Source of the DNA: an uncultured Actinomycetota bacterium
Lineage (GTDB): Bacteria; Actinomycetota; Actinomycetes; JAHEKZ01
Assembly: GCA_963824605.1 (NCBI GenBank)
Contig: CAWGPZ010000006.1
Coordinates: forward strand, 321,864-385,863
DNA: 64,000 bases
Direction of reading: 5' to 3'
Part shown: in pieces, positions 19,462 to 30,396 of the stretch
Layout of the letters: every line of letters begins with the position of its first letter
How positions within the stretch are numbered: the stretch's first letter is position 1
Position numbers and translations under genes: made by a program
Notes under the pieces: generated by a model
Databases searched by the model: none
Seen by the model: the letters and a program-made list of their open reading frames with translations, nothing else
What the model was told of the DNA's origin: nothing

Positions 19462-20753
19462 GTGCGGCGTCGATTCCTTCGGGCAACCTTCGGCGTGAGC
19501 GTCTCCATGGTGGTTCTGATGACACTCGCCATGCTCTGGGGGGATTGGACGGGTACCAGGGCGAACATCCAGCGGCAGCTCGGCGCCCAGGCAGACGATG
19601 TCGCAGGCAGCTGCACGAATGGGGGCACACTCAGGGCGAAGTCACCGCTGCCGACCTGCAGCAAATCGTGCCGTTCAATCATCGACTCGAGCTCACCACT
19701 GTCTCCGGCACCGAGCTGGCGGCCGGCAGTTCGACGACGACGGGTCCCTCCGTTCGAACGCACGGTCGACGATGTCGGGGTCATGCGCCTGATCGACACG
19801 AGTGGAACGCTTAGCCGAAACCACCTGGTCGCCACAATCACGATCGTCTTGATCGGGCTGGTGCTCGCCGTCGTGGCGGTCGCCGTGTCGATCCGCACGT
19901 CGCGCCGTCTCACCGAGCCCATCAACGAACTTGCGGCACATGCCGATCGGCTCGGATCTGGCGACCTGCGACCGTCCGACGTCCGCTATGGCATCTCTGA
20001 GCTCGACCGGCTTGCCGACTCGATGGACGCTTCGGTCGTTCGGGTAGCGGCGCTGCTGGCCGAGGAGCGCAGGGTGTCGATCGACGCGTCCCACCAGCTG
20101 AAGACCCCCTTGACCGCGCTGTCGCTACGCCTTGGAGGAACTGGCCGAGTGGCCAGATGACGGCGCCGTTCGAGCGGAGGCGCGCAAGGCGCTCGAACAG
20201 GTCGTCCGGCTGTCTGATGTTGTCGACGATCTACTGATCGACCGCCGATCGCCGAATGCCCGACGAGTGGCGATGCCGCTGAACCTGGTCATCGAGCAGC
20301 AGCTGAGCGAGTGGCGTCCGGCCTTCGATGCGGCTCATCGTCAGATTGTCGGCGACGGTGGACGTGCCGCCGACAACGACCGTGGATGCGGGTCCGGTCG
20401 GACAGGTGCTCGCGTCTTTGATCGAGAACAGCCTGCTGCACGGCGGTGGCACGACCACGATCGAGGCGCACCGTCCGCAGTCGGCCACCTGGATCGAGGT
20501 CTACGACGAAGGGGAGGGGGTGCCCGACGACGTGGCGCCTCGGGTGTTCGAGCGAGATGTCAGTGGCACCGGAGGAACCGGGTTGGGTCTTGCCGCGGCC
20601 CAGGACGCCGCCGTGTCAGTCGGAGGCAGGCTTGCGCTCGTCGGTCGCCGCCCCGCCCACTTCCGGTTCTTCCTCGACGGCAGGGAAGACCCAGCGTCGA
20701 TAGGACCAGAAACGAAAGAGAGTGCCGAGGCCGACCCCCACCACGTTGGCTGA
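19462..20753 (+). CDS. Sensor histidine kinase (TM, HAMP, HisKA, HATPase_c). Its reading frame is broken at least twice.
   Basis: GTG 19462 with a GAGGAAGG SD. The H-box SIDASHQLKTPLTALSLRL is in frame 1 (to 20160). LEELAEWPDD...LNLVIEQQLSEWRPAFDAAHRQI is in frame 2. N-box QVLASLIENSLLHGGG and G-box GTGGTGLGLAAAQDAA are in frame 0. Confidence 0.65.
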
Positions 20754-21143
20754 GATGTTGTCGGCCAGTGCAGAGTCGAGTCCGAGGACATAGCGCGAGA
20801 GCGCGAGCGGGACGAGCGTGATGGCCAACCCGATCGCGTTCAGGACGAAGTAGAGCGAGTACTCGCGCCAGAATCCACGTCGGCCCCGGTCCTTCCAGGT
20901 CCATTCGCGGTTCGCCTGGTAGGCGAAGACCGTCGCGACCACTGTCGACACGGTCTTGGCAGTCAGCGGTCTGTCGGCCAGGACCCCGGGGTCTCCGACA
21001 TGCACCAGGACGTTGAACAGTCCGACATCGATGACATAGGCGACGATGCCGACGGCACCGAAGCGGGAGAGTTCGCCTGCTCCGCGTCGTAGCCTGCGCC
21101 CGAAGGCGTTGACGGCCTCCGTCGGCGTCTTCATCGTCATCAC
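20616..21143 (-). CDS. GtrA-family membrane protein (polysaccharide-synthesis associated).
   Basis: 175 aa with four TM helices and an RFWSYRRWVF C-terminal motif. Overlaps the nrtR stop (ATGA). Confidence 0.65.
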   Translation of the reverse strand: MMTMKTPTEAVNAFGRRLRRGAGELSRFGAVGIVAYVIDVGLFNVLVHVGDPGVLADRPLTAKTVSTVVATVFAYQANREWTWKDRGRRGFWREYSLYFVLNAIGLAITLVPLALSRYVLGLDSALADNISANVVGVGLGTLFRFWSYRRWVFPAVEEEPEVGGAATDERKPASD

Positions 21144-21883
21144 CCGGTGAGGGTACGGGGTGGATCGGGTGGGCGAAGGACCGCAAACTGGTCGGTGACC
21201 TCGATCTGCCGTGCTCTGAACCGATACTGAGCGGCCGGGCGCCCTCCTGAACGTCCGGGCGCAGAGAAGGTGCCGGTCTCGACGATCTGCTGCCGGCGCA
21301 ACAGGATGCGCTTCAGGTTGGTGGTGGAGACGTCGTGTCCGAGGGCGGCTTGGTAGACCGCCTGGAGCTCAGAGGCGGTGAACGCAGCTGGCGCCAGGGC
21401 GAAGCCAAGGTTGGTGTAGCAGAGCTTTGCGCGTAGCCGCCGGACGCCGCTCGCAGTGATCGATGAATGGTCGAACGCCATCACGGGGAGCGCATCCACG
21501 CGGTGCCATGCGGCATCGGGGGGGATGACCGAGCGCTCGTCAGCCGGAACGAGTCCGAGGTACGCGGTGGCAAGCACCCGGCCACGCGGAGCCCGCTCGA
21601 GGTCACTGCGGGTCTCGAGCTGTTCGAGGTGTGCGAGATGCCGCACGTCGACCTTCTCGGCGAGCTGATGGGCGATCGACTGACCCAGGGTCTCGCTGTC
21701 GGCCAGCGGGCCGCCGGGCAGCGCCCATGAGCCGGCGGCCGGTCCTCGGTCGTGTTGCCAGAGCAACACGTGCAGCGCGGCGTTCCTGACCTGCAGCACG
21801 ACGGCGAGCACTTCGTGATTGACGCGCCTGCGAGGGGCGGAACCCCCGGCTCCGGTGGTCGCAGCTACGCCCTCGGTTGGCAC
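21140..21883 (-). CDS. nrtR: Nudix-related transcriptional regulator NrtR (Nudix domain plus C-terminal winged-helix domain).
   Basis: 247 aa. Nudix fold in the N-terminal half and a DNA-binding-like C-terminal half. Divergent from the nadABC genes, which is the classical NrtR genomic context. Confidence 0.7.
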   Translation of the reverse strand: MPTEGVAATTGAGGSAPRRRVNHEVLAVVLQVRNAALHVLLWQHDRGPAAGSWALPGGPLADSETLGQSIAHQLAEKVDVRHLAHLEQLETRSDLERAPRGRVLATAYLGLVPADERSVIPPDAAWHRVDALPVMAFDHSSITASGVRRLRAKLCYTNLGFALAPAAFTASELQAVYQAALGHDVSTTNLKRILLRRQQIVETGTFSAPGRSGGRPAAQYRFRARQIEVTDQFAVLRPPDPPRTLTG

Positions 21884-21921
21884 AGTGGGACCTCCTCCAG
21901 GCGTGGTAGCGTGGATCTACG

Positions 21922-21948
21922 AGGTTATGGACTGTCAGACAATAACCT
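21922..21948 (+). promoter_or_regulatory. 27-bp imperfect palindrome AGGTTATGGACTGTCAGACAATAACCT, a candidate NrtR operator.
   Basis: 7-bp perfect arms AGGTTAT/ATAACCT; 21 of 27 positions are self-complementary. Lies in the nrtR-nadA intergenic region, about 60 bp upstream of nadA. Confidence 0.45.
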
Positions 21949-22009
21949 CGGGCTCACGGTAGCAGGGCGCGTGGACCGGTCCCGGGTTTCCAGCTGTTGG
22001 AGGTGCGGC

Positions 22010-22990
22010 GTGGCGGACACGCCTCAGGTCGATCCGGCCTATGCGGAAGAGGTTCGACGCCTCGCGGTTGAGCGCGATGCCCTCATCTTGGCCCACAACT
22101 ATCAGGTGCCCGAGATCCAAGAGGTGGCTCACCACGTCGGCGACTCGCTGCAGCTTGCGCGGTTGGCAGCAGCGAGCACTGCCTCCACGATCATCTTGTG
22201 CGGCGTTCACTTCATGGCCGAGTCGGCCAAGCTGCTTGCACCCGACCGCACCGTCCTGATCCCTGATCTGGGGGCGGGATGCTCGCTGGCCGACACCATC
22301 ACCGCCGATCAGCTGCGCGAGTGGAAGGCCGAGCATCCTGGTGCGGTCGTGGTCTCGTACGTCAACACCTCGGCAGCGGTCAAGGCCGAGACCGATATCT
22401 GCTGCACGTCGTCGAACGCCGTCGACGTCGTCAACTCGATCCCCGCCGATCGCGAGGTTCTCTTCCTGCCCGACCAGTTCCTGGGTGCGCATGTTCAGCG
22501 CGAGACCGGGCGCGCCAACATGCACATCTGGATGGGTGAGTGCCATGTGCACGCGGCGATCAGCGGTGACCAGCTGCTGAAACGGGTTCACGAGCTGCCC
22601 GATGCCGAGCTGCTGATCCACCCCGAGTGTGGGTGCGCCACCTCTGCGCTCTACCTGGCCGGCGAGGGCGTCGTTCCTGAGGCTCGGACACATATCCTGT
22701 CGACCGGCGGCATGCTGACCAAGGCCAGCCAGCTGGGGTCGTCAACCGTCCTGGTCGCCACCGAGACGGGCATGTTGCACCAGCTGCGCAAGGCGAACCC
22801 ACTGGCAGACTTCCAGGCAGTCAACCCCAAGGCTGACTGCAAGTACATGAAGATGATCACCCCGGAGAAGCTTGTGCGGTCCCTCCGCGAGAACGTCTTC
22901 GAGGTGACGGTCGACCCTGATGTTGCTGCTCGTGCACGGCGATCGGTCGAGCGCATGGTAGAGCTCGGCGGGGCCCCGGTCCCCGCGTGA
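22010..22990 (+). CDS. nadA: Quinolinate synthase.
   Basis: [23 protein letters not shown] and HPECGC motifs. GTG 22010 is preceded by GGAGG. ORF-track start 21752 would run across the operator. Confidence 0.85.
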   Translation: MADTPQVDPAYAEEVRRLAVERDALILAHNYQVPEIQEVAHHVGDSLQLARLAAASTASTIILCGVHFMAESAKLLAPDRTVLIPDLGAGCSLADTITADQLREWKAEHPGAVVVSYVNTSAAVKAETDICCTSSNAVDVVNSIPADREVLFLPDQFLGAHVQRETGRANMHIWMGECHVHAAISGDQLLKRVHELPDAELLIHPECGCATSALYLAGEGVVPEARTHILSTGGMLTKASQLGSSTVLVATETGMLHQLRKANPLADFQAVNPKADCKYMKMITPEKLVRSLRENVFEVTVDPDVAARARRSVERMVELGGAPVPA

Positions 22991-24645
22991 CCCGTGTGGT
23001 GCCTGGGTTGCTCGGGCCCTTGCCGCGTCTGCCGTTGACACCGACCGCTGAGCGTCGCGCGGACGTCGTCGTGGTCGGCTCGGGTGCCGCGGGGGCAACG
23101 GCGGCTCGCGGCATTGCCCGTTCAGGGCGTCGGGTCCTCGTGGTCACCAAGTCGAGCTTGGGGGCGGGATCGACGACGTGGGCCCAGGGTGGCTTGGCCG
23201 CTGTCCTGGACGCCGCCGACGACTCATGGGACGAGCACGTGGCTGACACGTTGACGGCGGGGGCGGGTCTGTCGGATCAGGTAGTCGTCGAGCAGCTCGT
23301 CCGGCAGGCGCCGTCCGCCGTTCAGGAGCTGATCGACCTGGGCGCCGAGTTCGACCGTGATCTGGCGGGTCGCCTCGCGCTGGCCCGCGAGGGAGGGCAC
23401 CAGCGACGACGCATCGTCCACGCAGGGGGAGACGCCACCGGGGCCGAGGTGCAGCGGACGCTCGATGGTTCACTCCGCGCACTTGGCGTCGAGGTGCAGG
23501 AGCGCAGCATCGCCATCGACGTCGTCACGGACGCCGACGGACGGGTCGCTGGGGTGCTCATCGCCCATGTCGACGAGGGCGGAGCCATCTCCGATGCCAC
23601 TTTGGTGCAGACCTCGGCCGTGATCGTGGCTACCGGAGGTCTGGGTCAGGCGTTCGCCGTCACGACCAACCCCCCGGAGTCGACGGGTGACGGACTCGCG
23701 CTCGCTTGGCGGGCGGGCGCGGCCGTTGCTGATGTCGAGTTCGTGCAGTTTCACCCGACGGCCTTCTGGCAACCGGGCTCCAGCGGCCAGCAGCTGCTCG
23801 TCTCAGAGGCGTTACGCGGTGAGGGCGCGACATTGGTCGATGGCGCCGGGCTCTCGGTGATGGACGGCGTTCATCCGCTCGGTGACCTTGCCCCCCGGGA
23901 TGTCGTTGCCACCGCGATCGCGCTGCGGATGCGCGAGGCCCCTGGTGGGATCAGTGACCATGTCTTTCTTGATGCGACGTCGATGGGTCCGGCCGTTGCT
24001 GAACGGTTTCCGACGATCGTCGCCAGATGCCGTGCGGCGGGGATTGACCCCGTGAACGACCCCATACCGGTGGCACCGGCTGCGCACTTCGCCTGTGGCG
24101 GCGTCCGGGCTCAGCTCGATGGAACAACCTCGGTGCCCGGGCTCTTCGCTGTCGGCGAGGTGGCCGCCACCGGTATCCATGGGGCCAACCGACTTGCTTC
24201 CAACGGTGTCACCGAAGGGCTCGTGGCGGGGCACCTGGTCGCCACCGCGCTGGCCAAGGAGCTGCCACAGAGCGGCCCTCCCGTGCCGGGCGACCCTCGT
24301 CTCGGCGTGGCCCGTTCGCTTGATCGAGACGACCTGGCGCTGGCGATGAGTCGTTGGGTCGGGCCGCTACGTGATGCGGCGGGTTTGGCGTCTGCGTGGT
24401 CGGAGGTCACCGCCCTCGACGAGCACTCGACGCTCGGCTCACTCGCCGACGTCGAGGCGACCAACCTGAGAGCTGTCTCCGAGCTGATCGTCCGTGCCGC
24501 AGTGATGCGAGAGGAGAGTCGGGGAAGCCATCGGCGGCGTGACTTCACCCAGCCCAGCGATCGGTGGCGTCACCGCATCGTCCAACGCTGGGACGGGACT
24601 TCCGTGCTCACCTCGGCTGAGCCAGTGGGAGAGGAGAAGCGGTGA
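22987..24645 (+). CDS. nadB: L-aspartate oxidase.
   Basis: [13 protein letters not shown] motif and succinate dehydrogenase/fumarate reductase flavoprotein-like architecture. GTG overlaps the nadA stop (GTGA). Confidence 0.85.
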   Translation: MTRVVPGLLGPLPRLPLTPTAERRADVVVVGSGAAGATAARGIARSGRRVLVVTKSSLGAGSTTWAQGGLAAVLDAADDSWDEHVADTLTAGAGLSDQVVVEQLVRQAPSAVQELIDLGAEFDRDLAGRLALAREGGHQRRRIVHAGGDATGAEVQRTLDGSLRALGVEVQERSIAIDVVTDADGRVAGVLIAHVDEGGAISDATLVQTSAVIVATGGLGQAFAVTTNPPESTGDGLALAWRAGAAVADVEFVQFHPTAFWQPGSSGQQLLVSEALRGEGATLVDGAGLSVMDGVHPLGDLAPRDVVATAIALRMREAPGGISDHVFLDATSMGPAVAERFPTIVARCRAAGIDPVNDPIPVAPAAHFACGGVRAQLDGTTSVPGLFAVGEVAATGIHGANRLASNGVTEGLVAGHLVATALAKELPQSGPPVPGDPRLGVARSLDRDDLALAMSRWVGPLRDAAGLASAWSEVTALDEHSTLGSLADVEATNLRAVSELIVRAAVMREESRGSHRRRDFTQPSDRWRHRIVQRWDGTSVLTSAEPVGEEKR

Positions 24646-25571
24646 CCTATCACGCTCTTTCGCCGCAGACCGCGGAGCTGCTTGAGGCCGCGGGCCTCGA
24701 CGTCGACTTGGTGCTGAGAATCGTCACCGCCGCGCTGGACGAAGACCTGGCCTATGGTCCTGACGTCACGACCTCAGCGACCGTGCCGGAGGACCAGTGG
24801 GTCGCCGCCACCATCAGTGCCCGCGGGACCGGCGTGGTGGCCGGGGTGCCCGTCGCGGTCGCCGCGCTCGATCTCGTCACGGGCCCGGGCAGCTGGCGCT
24901 TGCTCTCGCACGCGTGGGACGGGTCGAGGGTGCATCCCGGTGACGCTGTGGTGGCGCTGGAGGCGCAGACGCGCGGCCTCCTGACCGCCGAGCGCACCGC
25001 ACTCAACTTCTTGGGTCATCTGTCCGGGGTGGCGACGACCACCGCGGAGTGGGCGAAGGCGGTGAGCCCGGCGCAGGTGCGCGACACACGCAAGACCATT
25101 CCCGGCCTACGGGTGCTCGACAAGTACGCCGTTCGCTGCGGTGGCGGTGTCAACCACCGCATGGGCCTCGGTGATGCTGCCTTGGTCAAGGACAACCATG
25201 TCGTGGCCGCCGGCGGCGTCCGCGAGGCGGTGGAGGCGGTTCGGGCAGCCGCTCCATCGATCGAGCTTGAGGTCGAGTGCGACGACGTCGCGCAGGTCAG
25301 CGAGGCCATTGCCGCGGGGGCTGCCCTGATCCTGCTCGACAACATGAGCCTCGATCAGATGAGGGAGGGCGTGGCTCTCGGAGATCGAGCATCCGAGAAC
25401 GTCAGGTTCGAGGCGTCCGGGGGGCTCACGCTGGACACGGCAGCGGCTGTCGCGGCGACCGGCGTCGACTTCGTCGCCGTGGGAGCGCTGACGCACTCGG
25501 CCGCCGTCCTCGACCTCGGTCTCGATGTGCATCGGGTCATCGAAGGCTCGGTAGGGTCATCGCGTGACTGA
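24642..25571 (+). CDS. nadC: Nicotinate-nucleotide pyrophosphorylase (quinolinate phosphoribosyltransferase).
   Basis: QPRTase fold motifs (KDNH, LLDNM). GTGA overlap with nadB. Confidence 0.85.
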   Translation: MTYHALSPQTAELLEAAGLDVDLVLRIVTAALDEDLAYGPDVTTSATVPEDQWVAATISARGTGVVAGVPVAVAALDLVTGPGSWRLLSHAWDGSRVHPGDAVVALEAQTRGLLTAERTALNFLGHLSGVATTTAEWAKAVSPAQVRDTRKTIPGLRVLDKYAVRCGGGVNHRMGLGDAALVKDNHVVAAGGVREAVEAVRAAAPSIELEVECDDVAQVSEAIAAGAALILLDNMSLDQMREGVALGDRASENVRFEASGGLTLDTAAAVAATGVDFVAVGALTHSAAVLDLGLDVHRVIEGSVGSSRD

Positions 25572-26757
25572 GGGCTCCCCGACATCTGCTCCCCGTGCAC
25601 CGTTGCCCAACGGGCCTGCAGACTTCCCAGTGGTGGGAGTCGTGGGCGGTGGTCAGCTGGCCCGGATGATGCAGCAGCCGGCGATCGCCCTGGGCGTCCA
25701 GCTCCGGCTGTTGGCCGACTCACCCGATGACAGCGCCGCCCAGGTCATTGCCGACACTGTCATCGGCGACTTCCGCGACCTCGACACGTTGCGCGCCTTC
25801 GCGCACGGCTGTTCGGTCATCACGTTCGACCATGAGCACGTACCCACTGAGCACTTGCGAGCGTTGGTCCGCGACGGCGTCGTCGTGCGACCTGGTCCGG
25901 ACGCATTGGTGTTCGCCCAGGACAAGGGCCTGATGCGCGAAAGGCTGGCGGCTCTGGGTGCGCCACTTCCACGCTGGCTGCCCGTGTCGTCCGTCGACGA
26001 TGTTCGTGCCTTCGCCGCCGGCTCCGGCTACCCCCTGGTGATCAAGGCCACGCGCGGGGGCTACGACGGCAAGGGCGTTTGGGTGGTGAGCAGCGAACAA
26101 GAGGCCGGCGAGGTGCTGTCGCACGACCAGGTGCCTGGTTTCATCGTCGAGGAACTCGTGGGCTACACGCGTGAGCTGTCGGCCATGGTGGCCCGCAGCC
26201 CGAGCGGGCAAGCCGTTGCCTACCCCGTTGTCGAGACGGTGCAGCGCGATGGCATCTGTCACGAGGTGTACGCGCCAGCTCCAGGCATTGCAGAGGACCA
26301 CGCGGTTGCCGCGCAACAGATCGCCCTTCGAATCGCCGGTGAGCTCGACGTGGTCGGCATGATGGCCGTCGAGCTGTTCGACACCCCAGCCGGTGTGCTG
26401 GTGAATGAGCTGGCGATGCGTCCCCACAACTCCGGGCACTGGGGCATCGACGGTGCCGTCACGAGTCAGTTCGAGAACCACCTGCGCGCGGTTCTCGACC
26501 TCCCCCTGGGCGACCCTTCGACAACAGCGCCCTGCACGGTCATGGTCAACCTGTTGGGGGGCGAGCTTGGTGACCTCTACCCGGCCTACCTCCACTGCAT
26601 GGCCCGCGATCCCGGAATGAAGTTCCACATGTACGGCAAGACAGTCAAGCCGGGGCGCAAGATCGGGCACGTGACTGCCATCGGGACGGATCTGTCCGAT
26701 CTGCTGGAACGGACCCGCCACGCCGTGGCGTACCTGAGAGGTGACATCGATGAGTAG
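25564..26757 (+). CDS. purK: N5-carboxyaminoimidazole ribonucleotide synthase.
   Basis: ATP-grasp domain and PurK N-terminus ([14 protein letters not shown]). Overlaps the nadC end by 8 nt. Confidence 0.85.
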   Translation: MTEGSPTSAPRAPLPNGPADFPVVGVVGGGQLARMMQQPAIALGVQLRLLADSPDDSAAQVIADTVIGDFRDLDTLRAFAHGCSVITFDHEHVPTEHLRALVRDGVVVRPGPDALVFAQDKGLMRERLAALGAPLPRWLPVSSVDDVRAFAAGSGYPLVIKATRGGYDGKGVWVVSSEQEAGEVLSHDQVPGFIVEELVGYTRELSAMVARSPSGQAVAYPVVETVQRDGICHEVYAPAPGIAEDHAVAAQQIALRIAGELDVVGMMAVELFDTPAGVLVNELAMRPHNSGHWGIDGAVTSQFENHLRAVLDLPLGDPSTTAPCTVMVNLLGGELGDLYPAYLHCMARDPGMKFHMYGKTVKPGRKIGHVTAIGTDLSDLLERTRHAVAYLRGDIDE

Positions 26758-27280
26758 TGCCGACGAGAGCCCAGTGATCAGCATCGTGATGGGCAGTGAC
26801 TCTGACTGGCCGGTCATGGAATCGGCCGCGGAGGCGCTGGAGGAGTTCGGAATCGGCTACACCGTTGATGTCGTCTCTGCCCACCGCACGCCCTTCGACA
26901 TGTTGGAGTTCGGACGTTCGGCAGCCTCCCTCGGGCGGAAGGTCATCATTGCCGGCGCCGGTGGTGCCGCTCACCTGCCGGGAATGCTGGCCTCGGTCAC
27001 GCCGCTTCCAGTGATCGGTGTTCCCGTGCCTTTGGCGCGCCTCGACGGCCTCGACTCGCTTCTGTCGATCGTGCAGATGCCCGGCGGCGTGCCCGTCGCC
27101 ACGGTGGCAATCGGCAATGCGCGGAACGCCGCTCTCCTGGCGGTGCGCATCCTGGCGGTGGCCGACAGCCACCTGCAGGAGCAGATGGTGGCGTTCCAGC
27201 AACGCATGGCCGACGAGTCATCGGCCAAGGGAGACGCGCTCCGTCGTCGTCGGTCGGGCGACGTGGGATTCACGGCCTAG
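26741..27280 (+). CDS. purE: N5-CAIR mutase.
   Basis: [12 protein letters not shown] and [12 protein letters not shown] PurE motifs. Confidence 0.85.
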   Translation: MTSMSSADESPVISIVMGSDSDWPVMESAAEALEEFGIGYTVDVVSAHRTPFDMLEFGRSAASLGRKVIIAGAGGAAHLPGMLASVTPLPVIGVPVPLARLDGLDSLLSIVQMPGGVPVATVAIGNARNAALLAVRILAVADSHLQEQMVAFQQRMADESSAKGDALRRRRSGDVGFTA

Positions 27281-27786
27281 TGCACCGCATGGATCCGGTG
27301 CCGGTACGGGCGGCGCGCACCACGGTGACCCAGATCATGACCTCCCTCGATGTCAACCTGCTCGGAACCGTGCACGGTGGGGTGGTCATGCGCATGGTCG
27401 ACTCGGTCGCCGGAGCCGCCGCCGGCAGGCACAGCCGAGGACCGGCGGTCACGGTGTCGATGGACGAGATGGTCTTCCTGAGACCGGTCCGGGTCGGTGA
27501 CCTCGTGCATGCCCACGCACAGGTGAACTGGGCCGGACGGACCTCGATGGAGGTCGGCGTCAGAGTCACCTCAGAACGATGGAACGAGATCGATCCTCCT
27601 GTGCACGTCGCCTCCGCCTACCTCGTGTTTGTGGCAGTCGACGACAGCGGCAACCCGCGCGAGGTCCCGCCGGTCCTCGCCGAGACCGACGAGGACCGCA
27701 GGCGCAACGCCGAAGCTGGGATCCGGCGGCAGCACCGACTCGCTCGCCGCGACGAGATCGCGCGACTTCGGGCCGGTGAGAAGTAG
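27280..27786 (+). CDS. Hotdog-fold acyl-CoA thioesterase (YciA-like).
   Basis: LLGTVHGGVVMRMVDSVAG hotdog thioesterase motif. The start abuts the purE stop. Confidence 0.65.
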   Translation: MHRMDPVPVRAARTTVTQIMTSLDVNLLGTVHGGVVMRMVDSVAGAAAGRHSRGPAVTVSMDEMVFLRPVRVGDLVHAHAQVNWAGRTSMEVGVRVTSERWNEIDPPVHVASAYLVFVAVDDSGNPREVPPVLAETDEDRRRNAEAGIRRQHRLARRDEIARLRAGEK

Positions 27787-27801
27787 TCGGGCTGCCGGGC
27801 G

Positions 27802-29238
27802 TCAGCCGCAGAGGTTGTCTGCGGCGGTGCGCGAGTCGAGCTTGGAGTCCTGTCGGGCCACCCGCACACGCAGCGGCTTGCTGTAGTCGGCTCCGACAAC
27901 GATCTGGAAGGTGCTTCCGAGGCCCGACACCTCTTCGAAGGTGGCGTCCGGGAAGGCAGCCTTCAGCGTCTTGGCCGAGGTGTTCCACTCGGGGTCGAAC
28001 CGGATCACGGTGGCCGTGACATCACTGCGGTCGTCATTGCCGGGCGCGGCCGCGATCGTGTAGCCGGCCTTGTCGAGGTGCGCGCTCGCGCTTCCGGCGA
28101 GCCCCTCGACGTCGCTTCCGTTGAGGACCTGTACGTCGATGTCGGACGGTGCGACCTGAACCGTCGGGCCCTTCTTCTCCTTGACCAGCGGCTCGTCTTT
28201 CTCGATTGAGTCGAAGACGAGGGCGGCCTTCTTCGCATCCCACTCCACCGAGCTTCCGACCGGGGTGGCCAGATTGACGTTGGACAGGGGAACGGTCAGG
28301 AATCTGATGTCTCGTGGGGTGAGTCCCTCCAGCTCGCCGGCGAGATCGAGCAGCATGTCGCGCGACATTCCTTCATCCACGTCGACGGAGTCGAGCGCGG
28401 CGCCCAGGAACGCGTTGAGCTTGACCGGGTTGAGCAGGACCCCTGCGCTCGTGGCCTCTTGGACCATCGATCCCACGAAGCGCTGCTGCCGCTCCATCCG
28501 TCCGATGTCGGCAGTGGCATCGATATAGCGCGCCCGTACATATGCCAGGCCCATCAGCCCGTCGACATGTGACTTACCAGCAGGAAGGGTGAGTCCGCTG
28601 CGCCAGTCGTCCACGGCGTTGGGGAGGCACACGTCGACCCCCCCGAGGGCATCGACCATGTTCACCACGCCGGCGAATCCGACTTCCACGTAGTGGTCGA
28701 TCGTGAGTCCGGTCTCGCCCTTGACGGTCTCGATGAGCAGGGGGGCGCCGCCGAGCGCATATGCGGCGTTGAGCTTGTTCTTGCTGGCCGGCTGCTTCTT
28801 GCCGTTGGCATCGGTGTGGGCCGGAATCGTGACGTAGGAGTCGCGCGGCAGGCTCACGACCGTGGCGCTCTTCCGGTCTCCCGAGATGTGCAGCAGCATC
28901 ATCGTGTCCGATCGCTGCCCGGTCGAGCTGTTGGCCGCCGTTCCCGTTCCCAGCTCGCGCGCCTCGGCGCGGGTGAGGCCCTCCCGGCTGTCCGACCCGA
29001 CGATCAAGATGGTGAGGGGGCCGCTGCTGTCTCCACTCAGAAGCCCCGAGAGCCCAAGAATCCGACCGATCTTGGCGTCGTAGTAGGTGGCCATGACCCA
29101 CCCACCGGTGCTGGTGACAAAGACAACAGCCGCCAATGCTGTCGTCAGCCAGGTCACCCAGCGACGCTTGTCCGAGGCGGGCTTGACCGTGGTCCCGGCT
29201 GTGCGCGGGGAGAGCTCCGGGGGAAGGGCGGCGCTCAT
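27802..29238 (-). CDS. LCP (LytR-CpsA-Psr) family cell-wall glycopolymer phosphotransferase with a C-terminal LytR_C domain.
   Basis: TM anchor, then an LCP core (LNAAYALGGAPLLIETVKGETGLTIDHYVEVGFAGVVNMVDALGGVDVCLP). Start trimmed to ATG 29238 (MSAALPPEL). Confidence 0.8.
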   Translation of the reverse strand: MSAALPPELSPRTAGTTVKPASDKRRWVTWLTTALAAVVFVTSTGGWVMATYYDAKIGRILGLSGLLSGDSSGPLTILIVGSDSREGLTRAEARELGTGTAANSSTGQRSDTMMLLHISGDRKSATVVSLPRDSYVTIPAHTDANGKKQPASKNKLNAAYALGGAPLLIETVKGETGLTIDHYVEVGFAGVVNMVDALGGVDVCLPNAVDDWRSGLTLPAGKSHVDGLMGLAYVRARYIDATADIGRMERQQRFVGSMVQEATSAGVLLNPVKLNAFLGAALDSVDVDEGMSRDMLLDLAGELEGLTPRDIRFLTVPLSNVNLATPVGSSVEWDAKKAALVFDSIEKDEPLVKEKKGPTVQVAPSDIDVQVLNGSDVEGLAGSASAHLDKAGYTIAAAPGNDDRSDVTATVIRFDPEWNTSAKTLKAAFPDATFEEVSGLGSTFQIVVGADYSKPLRVRVARQDSKLDSRTAADNLCG

Positions 29239-29525
29239 CTGTCGTGGTTCTCCTGGGCAACGTAGTGAGGAAGGCTCGGTGGAGCCCGCGGATGGGACGC
29301 CCGAACCGTCGCGACGGTTCCACCCTGGTCCACTGAGCGTAGGGGAGTGAGCGATGTCGCCGGGATCGGCACGCCGTGTCTTGTGCCTGCGTGGGGTGGC
29401 CTCCAAGGGCTCGGAGCCGACGCCCGTTAGGCTGGGCTATTCACATGAGTGCGTCTCCTGCAGCGCCGGCAGCGTCTTCGCAACCGGCAGACCCGTCCGC
29501 CACGCCGGCCCATCGTCCGTCGGCC

Positions 29526-30396
29526 ATGGCGCGAACACGCGCGATCTGGACCAACCGGCGAATCCTGCGCATCCTGATCGTCCGCGACCTGAAGGTCAGG
29601 TACAGCGACTCGGTGCTGGGATTCTGCCTGGACGCTGCTCGACCCGCTGCTGCTGACCCTCGTCTACTGGTTCGTCTTCGGTGTCATCGTTTCCCGAGGG
29701 TCGGCCACAGAGCAGCCGTACATCCTCTGGCTGCTCACCGGGATCTTGCCCTTCCAGTGGACGTCGCATGTGTTGGGCGACTCAGGACGGCTGCTCGGCA
29801 ACGATGCCAAGCTGGTCACGTCGTCGAGCCTGCCGCGCGAGATCTGGGTGCTGAGATCGGTCTCCTCCCGCTTCGTCGAGTTCTTGTTCACCCTGCCGAT
29901 CACCGCAGTGTTCGTCATCTTCTTCCTGGTGTTCACTGATCAAGATCCGGCGCGCGTCCCCACGATCTGGATCCTGATCCTTCCGGTGGCCTTCGCCGTC
30001 CAGTTCCTCTTCAATGTGGGGCTCGGCCTCCTGCTGTCACCGCTCTGCATGCTCTATCCCGATGTCCAACGGGTGGTGCGGGTTTTCGCCACGCTCTATC
30101 GCTACCTGTCACCGGTGATCTACGGAGTGGCCACGCTCGAAGTCTCGCTGAAAGCCCAGAGCTGGCCGAGCTGGATGCTCATCGGTGACCAGACCTGGCC
30201 TGAGTGGGTGCTGACGATCTACTCGCTCAACCCGCTCACAGGAATCCTGAACGCGTACCACGCCGTCCTCTTCCCGGACGAGGCTCCAGACGTTCTGCCG
30301 CTACTGGGCCTGGCCGCCTTGCTGTCTGCTGTCATCTTCATCTATGGCTGGTGGTTGTTCCGCCGGCTCGAGTCACGCGTACTGAAGGAGCTCTGA
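29526..30396 (+). CDS. ABC-2 type polysaccharide/teichoic-acid exporter permease (TagG/Wzm-like), with an apparent frameshift near 29620.
   Basis: The N-terminus (RILRILIVRDLKVRYSDSVLGF) is in the 29376 frame. The remaining six TM helices (WTLLDPLLLTLVYWFVFGVIV...) are in the 29746..30396 frame. Confidence 0.7.
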
